Below the pieces are notes generated by a model. That model saw only the letters and a list, made by a program, of their open reading frames with translations. It searched no databases and was not told the DNA's origin. This document shows positions 38,743 through 48,200 of a DNA stretch of 64,000 nt, one piece after another (within the stretch, counting starts at the first letter, position 1; every line of letters starts with the position of its first letter). The position numbers and the translations under genes were made by a program. This stretch comes from Terrimicrobiaceae bacterium (GTDB lineage Bacteria > Verrucomicrobiota > Verrucomicrobiia > Chthoniobacterales > Terrimicrobiaceae): the NCBI GenBank assembly GCA_041752695.1, contig JBGSVZ010000031.1:96001-160000 (forward strand). Direction: 5' to 3'.

Positions 38743-40284
38743 CTAAATTTCCGGGGTCATTGAAACAAGCACGACGCCGTGCGCGTTCACTTTGGCGGAA
38801 AAACTATCCGCGCAGAAGCCGATGTCCTGCTGACGCCAGAGGTCGCGCACGCGCTGGGGGCCGCTGATTCCGAGTTCGCGCCAGGTCACGGTCACGGTTT
38901 GCGCCTCGGGGGCGACGCAGAATAGACCCACCGTTTTCGATCCGTCCTCCATGTCTTTCACAAGGACTTCGCCACCCTCGGTAGCAAAATCCCTGGCCTG
39001 CTGTCCGAGCGGATCCTGGTCCACGGCGATGACTTCGTCGTTGGCCAGCAGACCAAGCGTGAAGGCATCGAGCCGTTCCACCGGGCAACCGATTATGAGC
39101 GGCGCTGCCCAGAGTGCCCAAAGGCTGATGTGGGAAAACTGCTCGTCCACTGTCATCCGCGTGGGGCGCAGCGGTTTTAGATCCCAGCCCCCCAATACGC
39201 CCACCCTTAGTGGACAGGGCATGTTCCAATGTCCTGGCCGGTTAAATTGTTCCCAAAGCCTATGTTGCAGCCAGATGTCGCGCACCCCATGCGCCCAGAG
39301 CTGCTTTTCCGCTTCGATCTGCGTGCGCTCCCACACGTCCACGATATCGCCGGTAGTGCGGCACATTTGCGCGAGCGCGGTGTAGGATGCGGCGTGGGCA
39401 AGTGGGGCATCGTTGGAGAGCTCGAGCAGAATGTCGCGAGGCTGGGCTTTCAGCGCGTCGGCCATGCAGGTGGCAAGCTCCACCGAGTTGATGGCCCAGT
39501 CGTATTTGATGTAGTCGAAACCCCACTCCGCCCACTGACGCGCATCGGCTTCCTCCCAGCGGAACTGGCCGAAAAGATTTGTCCCGCTGCGGGGCGGATC
39601 AGGCGGGGTCCACGAGCCGTCCTTGAATTGCGAACTGCCACCGATGAAACCTTCGTAGGTATTCAGCCAAGGGGTCGAGTAGATGCCGGTTTTGAAACCG
39701 AGAGCGTGCATGTCGTCGCAAAACGCCCGCAGATCGCCGAATTTTTCATTGGGCTGGATGGCGTGGAAGGGACCGCCCCGCCTGCCCTGCCAGCCATCGT
39801 CGATATTGACATAATGATAGCCATGATCGGCGAGGCCGCTGGTGATCAGCGCCTCGGCACCCGCGCGGACTTGCGTCTCCGTGACAAACGGACCCCAGCC
39901 GCCGTAGGTGTTGAATCCCATTGGCGGGGTAAGCGAAAACTCGTCACCGATGACGATGCGCAGTTCGCGTTCGGTCGTGCCGTAGGCATTGCTCGCGCGC
40001 AGCATCACGCGGTGCGTCCCCGTTTTTTCCAGGAAGCCACTGATCACGCCGGTTTGCGGATTCAAGGAAAGCCCGGCAGGCAAATCCGAGATGGCAAATA
40101 CCATCGGACGCGCACCGGTCACCGCCATGCGATAGAGCAGCATGCTGCCGGGGCGGGCGCCGGTCACCCGTGCCCCATTGATGCGCGGGGCGGCCGGAGG
40201 AGGTGGGGTGAAGATGGGCGCGTCAGGCGTGCCCCAGTTTGGCGCAGGGGGAAGATAGGTCATGGAATAAAGTCCGGTCGGCAT
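38743..40284 (-). CDS. GH27 alpha-galactosidase with N-terminal Ig-like (He_PIG) domain
   Basis: LPAGLSLN..TGVISG; TPPMGFNTY, NIDDGW, DYIKYDW, RTTGDI, AVDQDPLG. Confidence 0.93.
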   Translation of the reverse strand: MPTGLYSMTYLPPAPNWGTPDAPIFTPPPPAAPRINGARVTGARPGSMLLYRMAVTGARPMVFAISDLPAGLSLNPQTGVISGFLEKTGTHRVMLRASNAYGTTERELRIVIGDEFSLTPPMGFNTYGGWGPFVTETQVRAGAEALITSGLADHGYHYVNIDDGWQGRRGGPFHAIQPNEKFGDLRAFCDDMHALGFKTGIYSTPWLNTYEGFIGGSSQFKDGSWTPPDPPRSGTNLFGQFRWEEADARQWAEWGFDYIKYDWAINSVELATCMADALKAQPRDILLELSNDAPLAHAASYTALAQMCRTTGDIVDVWERTQIEAEKQLWAHGVRDIWLQHRLWEQFNRPGHWNMPCPLRVGVLGGWDLKPLRPTRMTVDEQFSHISLWALWAAPLIIGCPVERLDAFTLGLLANDEVIAVDQDPLGQQARDFATEGGEVLVKDMEDGSKTVGLFCVAPEAQTVTVTWRELGISGPQRVRDLWRQQDIGFCADSFSAKVNAHGVVLVSMTPEI

Positions 40285-42624
40285 TCAGGGGTTGGCGGGG
40301 ACGCCGTAAAGGATGCCACTGGCCCCTTCGCCTAGATAGACGCGTCCAAAAACTTGACGGTCGGCGGCCAGCACCCGCACGCCCGTGCCCTGAAATCCCG
40401 TCAGGATTGTCCATGTTTCGCCCAGATCCGTGGATTGATAAACACCCCAGCCCTGCGACCCCTTTCCGTGAACATAGACGGTGCCATGGTCCTTACCGGG
40501 TGCGGCCTTTCCGAAAGCGACCATTTGAGGACGGGTCAGGTCTTTGGTGAACTCCTCCACTTTGGTGAAAGTCTCGCCGAAGTCGCTGCTCCGCCAGATC
40601 CCGGCGAAATTCAGACCCAGCCAGACTTCCCCGGCTTTGCCCGGGCAGGCAGCGAGGGTGACAGGAGCAACGGTCGGATGCGCTCCACCACGGCCTTTCA
40701 GCTCGGTGCCATCCGCCGTCGCGCCCTTCTTTGTCCAGGTCGCTCCGGCGTCGGTACTGACATGGAAGCCAGGAGTTTTCCAAGTGGAGTAGGCGTAAAA
40801 CACGCCATCCTTCACGCGATCAGAACGCACGGAGGCATCAAAATCATAAGCGTCAATCGAGCCGCTGACCAAAAATGGATCCTCCGAACCGGCGAGTTTG
40901 GACGGCGTCCAGGTGGTGCCTCCGTCTTTGGAAAAATGCACGACCATTCCATTGGCCGGACCGAAGACCACGTTCGAACCATCCAACGAAAGCGCAACGT
41001 CTCCGCCGATGGAGCTCTTGCCAGGGATGGGCCGAGGCATGATTTCCCAGGAGAGGCCGCCGTCCGTGGACTTCAGGATATTGCTGGGCGAAAACCGGAA
41101 ATCTTTGCATGCCATCATTAGCAGCGGGTTGCTTTCCGCGTGATCGTAACCAGTGACATAGGAATGCGCGTAGTCGTTGCCAGTCTTCGTCTCGGGCGCA
41201 GTCACCCAGGCATCAGGAGGCTGACCGAGGTTGATGTGACGGAACCCGCGCACATCCGAGACGCCCGAGTAAAGTGGCGCTGTTACTCCCGTGGCCTCGG
41301 AGGGCGGGGTGGCCAGGGTCAGCGGGATCACGTTCTCCGCGTCCCGGTTGTCTAATTCCCAAGCGATCTCATCGTCCCAGATATTCTCGGTGCGGTAAAT
41401 TTGATAGACCGTAAAAAGATACGCCCGGTTGGTCGTGAAGGGATCAATGGCCAGTCCGCCGTTGTTGAGCAACAGCTTTAAGCCGAGATTTTTTTCCACC
41501 CACGCGGTGACGCTGTCGCCGAGTTTGTGTGTGGTGCAGACCCAGGAATCTCCCGCATCGGAGCTGCGCCAGAGTTCCCACTTGGGAATGACCCGCTCGG
41601 GTTTGTCCGCAGTGGGGGCGGGTGACGCAGAAAGCCCGGTGATGACTATTCGATCGGTTTTTCCCGGATCGCTGGCCAAGCCCCAGGCCCCGCGGCCCAC
41701 CGTAGTCTCCGGGAAATCGGGATGGATGCCAAGTGCTCCCGATGCGACATTCCCATCTGTTTTTGGTGTGATGTCTTTCCACTTGTCCGGGGCGGTGCGC
41801 GGGTCATCGCAACGATAGACCCCGGTGTTTCCCGCGATGTATAATTTGCCGTTCCCGCCAAGCCGCATCCAGCGGACATTCGTCGGGCTGCCCGGCATGA
41901 GGCTGAACGTGTCGCCACCATTTTCCGAAAGATAGACGCCGAGTCCGGCGACAGTCACATAGACATACTTCGAGCGGCCCTCGTGATTGACCTTGGGGTC
42001 CACCACAACACTGCGGCTGTAAAAATTGACCTCACCGGGCTGCTGAGGAAGCACGGCGGCAAACTCCGGCGCGGGGTCCTCGGCATTGATCGTACGATAG
42101 AGTCCGTCGGTCTTTGTGCGGAAATACACGACATTTGGGTTGAGCGGATCCACTGCGACGTTGGGACCGAATTGGCGTCCGGCATTTTTGGAAAACTCCA
42201 CCGCCTGCACCTCCTTGACGCGTTTCCAATACCGCCCGCCGTCGGTGGTTTTGTAAAGGTCGTCCGCCTTGGAGTAGTCCATCGTGAAGTTGGCATAGGC
42301 GACGTCGGCATTGGTTTGATGCACAGCGAGGCCCGCAGCGGGCGCGCTGATGAAGGGATCGGTTTGGTCGCGCTCGAAGTTGCAGGAGATCCAGGGTGTC
42401 CCAACAGTGTCCCGCCGCCAGGGACCGGCCACATCCGAGCGCAGATAGACCCGGTCCTTTTGCGACGGCGCAAACTCGACACCCGTGAAATACCCGCCGC
42501 CGCCGATGGCCACGGGTTTCCAAAGGTATGCTTCCGCATTTTGGGCATTCGCGGAGGTCAAGGCCGACCACGCGAGCAAGGAAAAGAACAACGTTCTCAA
42601 GGGAAGTAAGGCCGGGGACTTCAT
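40285..42624 (-). CDS. GH74-like BNR-repeat glycoside hydrolase (paralog B)
   Basis: Colinear with 12352-14715, sharing blocks such as EFAPSQKDR.YLRSDVAGPWRRD, APLYSGVSDVRGFRH and SGSIDAYD. Confidence 0.85.
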   Translation of the reverse strand: MKSPALLPLRTLFFSLLAWSALTSANAQNAEAYLWKPVAIGGGGYFTGVEFAPSQKDRVYLRSDVAGPWRRDTVGTPWISCNFERDQTDPFISAPAAGLAVHQTNADVAYANFTMDYSKADDLYKTTDGGRYWKRVKEVQAVEFSKNAGRQFGPNVAVDPLNPNVVYFRTKTDGLYRTINAEDPAPEFAAVLPQQPGEVNFYSRSVVVDPKVNHEGRSKYVYVTVAGLGVYLSENGGDTFSLMPGSPTNVRWMRLGGNGKLYIAGNTGVYRCDDPRTAPDKWKDITPKTDGNVASGALGIHPDFPETTVGRGAWGLASDPGKTDRIVITGLSASPAPTADKPERVIPKWELWRSSDAGDSWVCTTHKLGDSVTAWVEKNLGLKLLLNNGGLAIDPFTTNRAYLFTVYQIYRTENIWDDEIAWELDNRDAENVIPLTLATPPSEATGVTAPLYSGVSDVRGFRHINLGQPPDAWVTAPETKTGNDYAHSYVTGYDHAESNPLLMMACKDFRFSPSNILKSTDGGLSWEIMPRPIPGKSSIGGDVALSLDGSNVVFGPANGMVVHFSKDGGTTWTPSKLAGSEDPFLVSGSIDAYDFDASVRSDRVKDGVFYAYSTWKTPGFHVSTDAGATWTKKGATADGTELKGRGGAHPTVAPVTLAACPGKAGEVWLGLNFAGIWRSSDFGETFTKVEEFTKDLTRPQMVAFGKAAPGKDHGTVYVHGKGSQGWGVYQSTDLGETWTILTGFQGTGVRVLAADRQVFGRVYLGEGASGILYGVPANP

Positions 42625-42680
42625 TCGGAGGGAAATCTTGGAATTTAGAGTGGATCGCGGCGTTTGCGTAGCAGAGTATT

Positions 42681-42696
42681 GCTTAAACTATCCAGC
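42681..42696. promoter_or_regulatory. GCTTAA-N4-TTAAGC box copy (GCTTAAACTATCCAGC)
   Basis: 57 bp upstream of the ATG at 42624; 3 mismatches. Confidence 0.55.
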
Positions 42697-43611
42697 AGCC
42701 GTCGCGAATGTTGGACAAATAGTCACCCGCCAGCGTTTTGTATCGTTGGCTTCGATGAATAGGGCAGGTGTGGGGGAATCGAGGGCGTCGGAGAGTTTGT
42801 CGAACGGGGCGTTCGTCGGCTCGATGGCGGCGTGGTGAAAACCGCTCCAGGCACCGCGGGAGATCCAGATGCCGAGGAAGGGATTTTCGATTTTCGACCA
42901 GCGGAAATCCAGGCGGTCGCCGGTCGTGGGGTTTTCGATCGAGGCCCATCCTTCATCGAAAGGACCTGCGAAAAATTTGGCGGCAGCGCGGTCGCTTTCG
43001 AGGCGCAAGGCACTGAGATCGACTTCAGGGGCGGGAGACGGCCAGGGCCAGATTTTGCCAGGAAAAGAAGCCAATTCGACCCGTACAGATTGCACACTCG
43101 AAGGCAGGTGCAGTCTGTCACCTTCAATGAAGGTCAACAGCGGATGCAGTGCCCAGAGGAACGGCTCCTGCGCGGCTGAATGATTAAGGATTTCGTAGGT
43201 CAACACCACAGAGTCGCGGTCCAGACTCACCGTGCGGGTGATTGTGAAGGGCGAGATCGGCAGGCGTAGTGAGGTGCGAATGACATCCGTTGGCGTTTCA
43301 TCAAGCACCCACGGCAAATTCCAAACCTCGCCGTGGCCCGGCAGATCACGTCCGCCCACCCGGCAATCCCGGACGGTGGGAAAACACTCGTCCGCTCCGA
43401 TGAGCGTGCTCTTGGCAAAGTCCGCAGACGGGCAGTCGAATAGCCGCAGCGGGCCCGGCGGACGCCACATCCATTCGCGGCCATCGGGGAGGGCGCGCAG
43501 CGAGGAAATCTTGGCCCCGAGTGCGGGAATCACGGCAACTTCGACCTCGGTGTTGCCAAGCCGGGCGATGGTGAAACCCTGTTCGGTCGTGAGATGAAGA
43601 TGCGCGATCAC
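42688..43611 (-). CDS. Aldose 1-epimerase/galactose mutarotase-like protein
   Basis: GAKISSL, GADECFPT, HGE, WALHP, IEP. Confidence 0.85.
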   Translation of the reverse strand: MIAHLHLTTEQGFTIARLGNTEVEVAVIPALGAKISSLRALPDGREWMWRPPGPLRLFDCPSADFAKSTLIGADECFPTVRDCRVGGRDLPGHGEVWNLPWVLDETPTDVIRTSLRLPISPFTITRTVSLDRDSVVLTYEILNHSAAQEPFLWALHPLLTFIEGDRLHLPSSVQSVRVELASFPGKIWPWPSPAPEVDLSALRLESDRAAAKFFAGPFDEGWASIENPTTGDRLDFRWSKIENPFLGIWISRGAWSGFHHAAIEPTNAPFDKLSDALDSPTPALFIEANDTKRWRVTICPTFATAAG

Positions 43612-46600
43612 TTCAACGCGGCCAGCAAGTCGCTGGCCAAGGCCCGGGCGGGATCGCGTTTGAGCACGGCCTGCAGCAGTTTTTTCGCAGAGGCTTTCTC
43701 ACCGAGCCCAATTTCCGCCTGTGCCCGGATGAGGAGTGCGGTGGTTTCCTGACGACGCTGCAAGTTGTCAAAAAGCAGACGCGCGGGAAGCGAGGTGGCA
43801 AAATAATAGACCTTGGCCTCTTCCTTGAAAAGTTGCTTGGAATAGGCCTTAAGTCCCTTGAAAAGTTTTTTCGCCTCAGCGCGTTTGCCCAGTTTTTGCA
43901 GCGAGAGCGCGGAGAAATACGTCATTTCCGAATACTGGCGCACGGCGCGTTCCTGGAAATCACCGCGGAAACTTGCCGCGTTCGTCCAGACTTCACGGGC
44001 CCGGCTTTTTTCGCCGAGCGCCTCCAGCGCACAGCCGAGCCAGTAGTCGATATCGCTGCGGTTGGCCAGCAGGTGCTTGGTCTCACCGAGATTGGGTGGT
44101 GCGATGAGCGCCGTCTCAAAATGGGTGAGGGCGGATTTTGCTTCGCCAGCCGCGAGGGCCTTTCGACCCAGGGCAAGATGCGTGCGTTCGTGCTGGGTGC
44201 GGGCGAGACCTTCGCCGCCTTCCCACGGCTGGAAACGGCGCGAGCCGAGATAAGCCAGCGCGTCCTCATGACGGCCCACTTGGTTGAGCAGGTCGGCGTA
44301 TTCCACGGAGAGATCGTCGCGCAGGCGTACCTGCGGGAGATGCTTTTCGAGTGCAGCGAGTCGCTTCGCGGCCGCCGTGCCGATGCGTTTCCAGAGCAGG
44401 TCGCGCTCGAAGAGTAGGCGGGCGTCGGTGGGAGCGAGTTGGTAAGCTTTCTCGTAGGCGCGTTTCGATTTCTCCGGCTGCTCGAGGATGTTGTAATATC
44501 CGATCCCGAGGTTGCGCCAGACGATGGAAAAGTCTGGTTCCAGCTTGGCCGATTTTTCCCAAAGCGCGATGGCTTCCTGATGGCGTTTGCGATCGTAAAA
44601 AAGGTTCCCGAGGTAATAGAGTGCGCGGGCGTCCTGTGCATCCTTGCTGATGGCCCATTCGAGAATCACGACTTCCTCCACGCGGTGCGGGAAGCAGTAG
44701 TCGCGGGCGGCCTGACGGGCGGCTTTGAGCGCAGAGGCCATCGCCTTTTCGTCGCCGAGGAGCTGAAGCAGCCAGGCGCGGGTGTAATGCAGGGTGGGGC
44801 CATTGCCTGCGGTGGGTTCGGGTTTAGCGGGTGCCAGGACGGCGAGCGCGTCCGCAAAAAATCCCGCGCGAGCAAAGTCGTGCGCGAGGTCGAGACGGGT
44901 CTGCGAATCGCAGCGGATGTTTTCTCCCAAAAGATGCCGCGCCCACCAGTCGAGCGGATCAAGGGCTAGCGTGGTGCGGAGGGCTTTGTCGGCCTCGGCA
45001 TTGCGACCGAGTGCGCGCAAGACAAGCGCCTGCAAATCACGGGCTTTGAGGTTGTCGGTGTTGACGCGGAGCGAGCGGTCGAGGTGATCGAGCGCGGCAG
45101 TCCAATCGTGGCGGCGGCAGTCAATTTCCGCTAGCGCATGGTAACCCGCCGCCTGCCAGGCCTGATTCCAGGTGGCTTTGTAGAGCGCGGCATAGGCGTC
45201 GGCGAGCAGCTCCTCATGTGGCTCACCGGCGCCCTGGGCGGCATCGGCGCGGTAACGGAGCGTGAGGCCGAGGAGGTAATAGGGTTCGCCGTCGTAGGGA
45301 TTCGGATTGCGAAAAGTCAGGCGCGCAATGGCCGTGCGGAAATGCTTTTCGGCGGAGATGAAGTCACCATTGATCAGTCGCAGACTGCCCAGCGCGATAT
45401 TGCATCGCGCATCGGAGGGATCGCGTCGCAGTGCCTCCTCGAAGTAGGGCTCCGACATGCGGGTGGGATGCCGATACTGGGAGAGGTGGAGGCCATTAAT
45501 GTAAAGTTCTTCAATCGTCTCGACGAGTGCAGGAAGGGGAGGCTCGGTGGCCACAGGCGGTTCGTTGAGTTTGGGCGCTTCGGGTTGATAGATGAGCAAC
45601 TCGCGTTGATCGACAAGAAGCGTGAGCCTCAGGTCGGTAAGCGCGGTTTGCGGCGGAAGTTTTTGTGCAGCCACAAGCGGTTGATCGGGTCCGAGGGTCA
45701 GCTTTTTTTCAAAGAGCACCTTGCGATGACGGGTGAGGCGGACGGTGGCCTTTTCCTTGCGCGTGGTGATGGCGCCGAACTTCGCCACGCCGTCTTTGAT
45801 CGTAAGGCTGAGGGCGGCATCGACGCTCGCTTTCTGCGACGGGCCGATGCCCTGAATTGGATACCAAAACTGGCTCCACGTCTTGGTTTCGCCGGGCTGG
45901 AGAAAGGAAAAGTCGGGCTGGTTATCCGTATAGACACCCGCCATGAGCTCGATGTAGGGCGGGTATTCGCCGCTGGGTTCTGCATCGGTCAGATTGCGAT
46001 CCCAGGCATAACCGAAGGCGTGATTGCCCCAGGTCCACTGCTTTTTGCCGGGCGAAATGTGGTGATTGGCCACGTGAATGAGACCGGCTTTTTTGAAATG
46101 ATCGTAGCCGCCGAACGAGTCTTCCTTGGAGCCAATGCACATGTAGGAAGTCGGCACGGGGATGTTCGCGTACCATGTCAGATCGTTTGGTGCGTAATCC
46201 AGATCGGCCAGATCGGCGTTTGAGTGGTTCCCGCAATGCGGCGGAATAAACGCGGGCGGCACTTCATTTGCAGGCACACCATTTTTCGCCCGTTCTCCAT
46301 AGTTCACTCCGTAGTAAACGCCATCAGCCAGGGGAAATGTGCTCGTCGAACCCTTCGCATGATCGGCCACGTGGGTGACGTCGGGCGGGAGAAAGGACTG
46401 ATAACCTTCATGCACGCGCGTCGCGACATTGGCCCACCAAAGGAAGGTTTGCACGAAAGGGGTGCGATTGTAGGCGCGCACCTTGAGCTCGATCACGGAA
46501 CGGCCCGGATGCAGGCAGACGCCGTGCATTCCCTTCATGCGGCAAAGAGGATCGTGCTCGCTCATCCAGATTGTTTTTGAGCCATCCGCATGTTCCTCGA

Positions 46601-47000
46601 TCTCGACATCCGTGGGCATGAACGTGGACGGGCGATGGTGCTGCGGCCAGTTGAACTCAATCCCACCCGAAGCCCAAGAACCGGCCAGACCGATGAGCGC
46701 CGGTTTGATGACTTCGTTGCGATACAGAAAATCGTAGCCGTTGGTCTTGTCCTTCGCCGCGTGGATGCGTCCACCCAACTCCGGCAGGATCATCACCTCA
46801 ATGAATCCGTTTTCAATGGTGAGCGTGTCGTAAGCACGGTCGGTCTTTTTTTCGTCAAATCGATCCACACAGGGCAGGGGATACACGCGCCCGCTGCTGC
46901 CCTGATATACGCGACGTTCGAGAAACATCGGATTTTTGTCCGGGGATTGCGGTTGGTAGGTGGGAATGACGGTGGACTCGCGACGGATGGAGACAGACAT
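43608..47000 (-). CDS. DUF5107 domain + TPR-repeat protein
   Basis: RVYQGSSGRVYP, PELGGRI, GGIEFNWPQHHRP, GKKQWTWG, IELMAGVYTDNQPDF, then TPR helices. Confidence 0.88.
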   Translation of the reverse strand: MSVSIRRESTVIPTYQPQSPDKNPMFLERRVYQGSSGRVYPLPCVDRFDEKKTDRAYDTLTIENGFIEVMILPELGGRIHAAKDKTNGYDFLYRNEVIKPALIGLAGSWASGGIEFNWPQHHRPSTFMPTDVEIEEHADGSKTIWMSEHDPLCRMKGMHGVCLHPGRSVIELKVRAYNRTPFVQTFLWWANVATRVHEGYQSFLPPDVTHVADHAKGSTSTFPLADGVYYGVNYGERAKNGVPANEVPPAFIPPHCGNHSNADLADLDYAPNDLTWYANIPVPTSYMCIGSKEDSFGGYDHFKKAGLIHVANHHISPGKKQWTWGNHAFGYAWDRNLTDAEPSGEYPPYIELMAGVYTDNQPDFSFLQPGETKTWSQFWYPIQGIGPSQKASVDAALSLTIKDGVAKFGAITTRKEKATVRLTRHRKVLFEKKLTLGPDQPLVAAQKLPPQTALTDLRLTLLVDQRELLIYQPEAPKLNEPPVATEPPLPALVETIEELYINGLHLSQYRHPTRMSEPYFEEALRRDPSDARCNIALGSLRLINGDFISAEKHFRTAIARLTFRNPNPYDGEPYYLLGLTLRYRADAAQGAGEPHEELLADAYAALYKATWNQAWQAAGYHALAEIDCRRHDWTAALDHLDRSLRVNTDNLKARDLQALVLRALGRNAEADKALRTTLALDPLDWWARHLLGENIRCDSQTRLDLAHDFARAGFFADALAVLAPAKPEPTAGNGPTLHYTRAWLLQLLGDEKAMASALKAARQAARDYCFPHRVEEVVILEWAISKDAQDARALYYLGNLFYDRKRHQEAIALWEKSAKLEPDFSIVWRNLGIGYYNILEQPEKSKRAYEKAYQLAPTDARLLFERDLLWKRIGTAAAKRLAALEKHLPQVRLRDDLSVEYADLLNQVGRHEDALAYLGSRRFQPWEGGEGLARTQHERTHLALGRKALAAGEAKSALTHFETALIAPPNLGETKHLLANRSDIDYWLGCALEALGEKSRAREVWTNAASFRGDFQERAVRQYSEMTYFSALSLQKLGKRAEAKKLFKGLKAYSKQLFKEEAKVYYFATSLPARLLFDNLQRRQETTALLIRAQAEIGLGEKASAKKLLQAVLKRDPARALASDLLAALK

Positions 47001-47017
47001 AATAAGGGCGGGAATAG

Positions 47018-47033
47018 ACTTGTAATTACAAGT
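47018..47033. promoter_or_regulatory. Perfect palindrome ACTTGTAATTACAAGT, probable operator of the adjacent GntR/AraR-type regulator
   Basis: 16-bp perfect palindrome 18 bp upstream of the DUF5107 ATG; resembles the B. subtilis AraR box ATTTGTACGTACAAAT. Confidence 0.7.
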
Positions 47034-47062
47034 GGTGGGTGCTGAAACTCAAGGCCGAGCAG

Positions 47063-47078
47063 GCTTAATCTATTAAGC
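47063..47078. promoter_or_regulatory. Best GCTTAA-N4-TTAAGC box (GCTTAATCTATTAAGC)
   Basis: Perfect 7-bp arms around a 2-bp centre, in the divergent DUF5107/GntR intergenic region. Confidence 0.7.
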
Positions 47079-47108
47079 ATATCCCGGCAAAGCAGAGGTC
47101 GCAAAAAA

Positions 47109-48200
47109 TTGAAATTCGAAAAAGAAACCCGGCGAGACCGACTCTTCCAAAGTTTGCGGGCGGAGATCCTGGCTGGCAAATATCCGCCGGATCGGCCGAT
47201 GCCAAGTGAGCACGAATTGTGCGCTCGTTTTTCGGTGAGCCGGACAACCGTGCGCCATGCGCTGGCGGACCTGGCCCACATGGGCTTGATTTACAAGCGG
47301 CACGGCAGCGGAACCTACGCGCATCGGGTTCAGCCGAGCCCGATCAAGCCGCTGGGTTTGCTGATTCGAGAGCCACAAAAACTATCCAATCCCTACTTTG
47401 TGGATTTAATCCGAGGGGCCAACACCTACCTCATGTCGCTGGGCTCCCATATTGCGGTAATCAACCAGGCTCCAGGAGAATGGCCTGCTCATTTGGTCGC
47501 ATCCCTTGCGGGGGTCATCGTCATACCGACTCCTCTGGAGCAAGGCGATATTGATGTCCTGAAAACCCGGAAAATTCCATTTGTGATCTGCACCGACGCG
47601 CTGCTCGACGGGCCCATCGTCAGTTACGGTGTGGAAACGGCCGCGCGGAATCTGACGGAGTGTTTGCTCGCACTCGGGCATCGACAGTTCGGATTGATCA
47701 GCGGCCACAGGCAACATGCGGATCAAATGAAAAAGACCGGGGTCCGCTCCGCTTTGGAGGCTGCGGGAATTGATTTTTCGACCGTTCCGGATTTCCTCAC
47801 CAATTTTGACGAGAATAAGGGGCGGCGTGCGGCGGAGGTTTTGCTAAAAAAACATCCGGAGGTTACTGCCATTATTGCGACCGATGATCTGCTGGCATTG
47901 ATTGCCATTCAGGTTGCCCGCCATCAAGGCAGACGAGTGCCTGGCGATCTGAGCGTCGTGGGTTTCAACGACCTGGCGGTCAGCGCACTTTTCGAGCCGT
48001 CTCTGACCACGGTCAAATTTCCGGTTGTCGAGGCCGGGAGAAGAGCCGCGGAACTGATTTGTTTAAATGTTCTTAAATCCGAGGTAATTTGTTCGTCGGA
48101 GCTCGGCCACCACATCGTTTGGCGACAATCAGCAGCGTCGGTTGTTTCCTTTGGGACGTTGCCCGGCGACGTTGGTGCAAGGGAAGTTCAGAGAGATTGA
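47109..48200 (+). CDS. GntR-HTH + LacI sugar-binding domain regulator (AraR-like)
   Basis: MPSEHELCARFSVSRTTVRHAL..GSGTY; VPGDLSVVGFND...LTTV. Confidence 0.93.
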   Translation: MKFEKETRRDRLFQSLRAEILAGKYPPDRPMPSEHELCARFSVSRTTVRHALADLAHMGLIYKRHGSGTYAHRVQPSPIKPLGLLIREPQKLSNPYFVDLIRGANTYLMSLGSHIAVINQAPGEWPAHLVASLAGVIVIPTPLEQGDIDVLKTRKIPFVICTDALLDGPIVSYGVETAARNLTECLLALGHRQFGLISGHRQHADQMKKTGVRSALEAAGIDFSTVPDFLTNFDENKGRRAAEVLLKKHPEVTAIIATDDLLALIAIQVARHQGRRVPGDLSVVGFNDLAVSALFEPSLTTVKFPVVEAGRRAAELICLNVLKSEVICSSELGHHIVWRQSAASVVSFGTLPGDVGAREVQRD

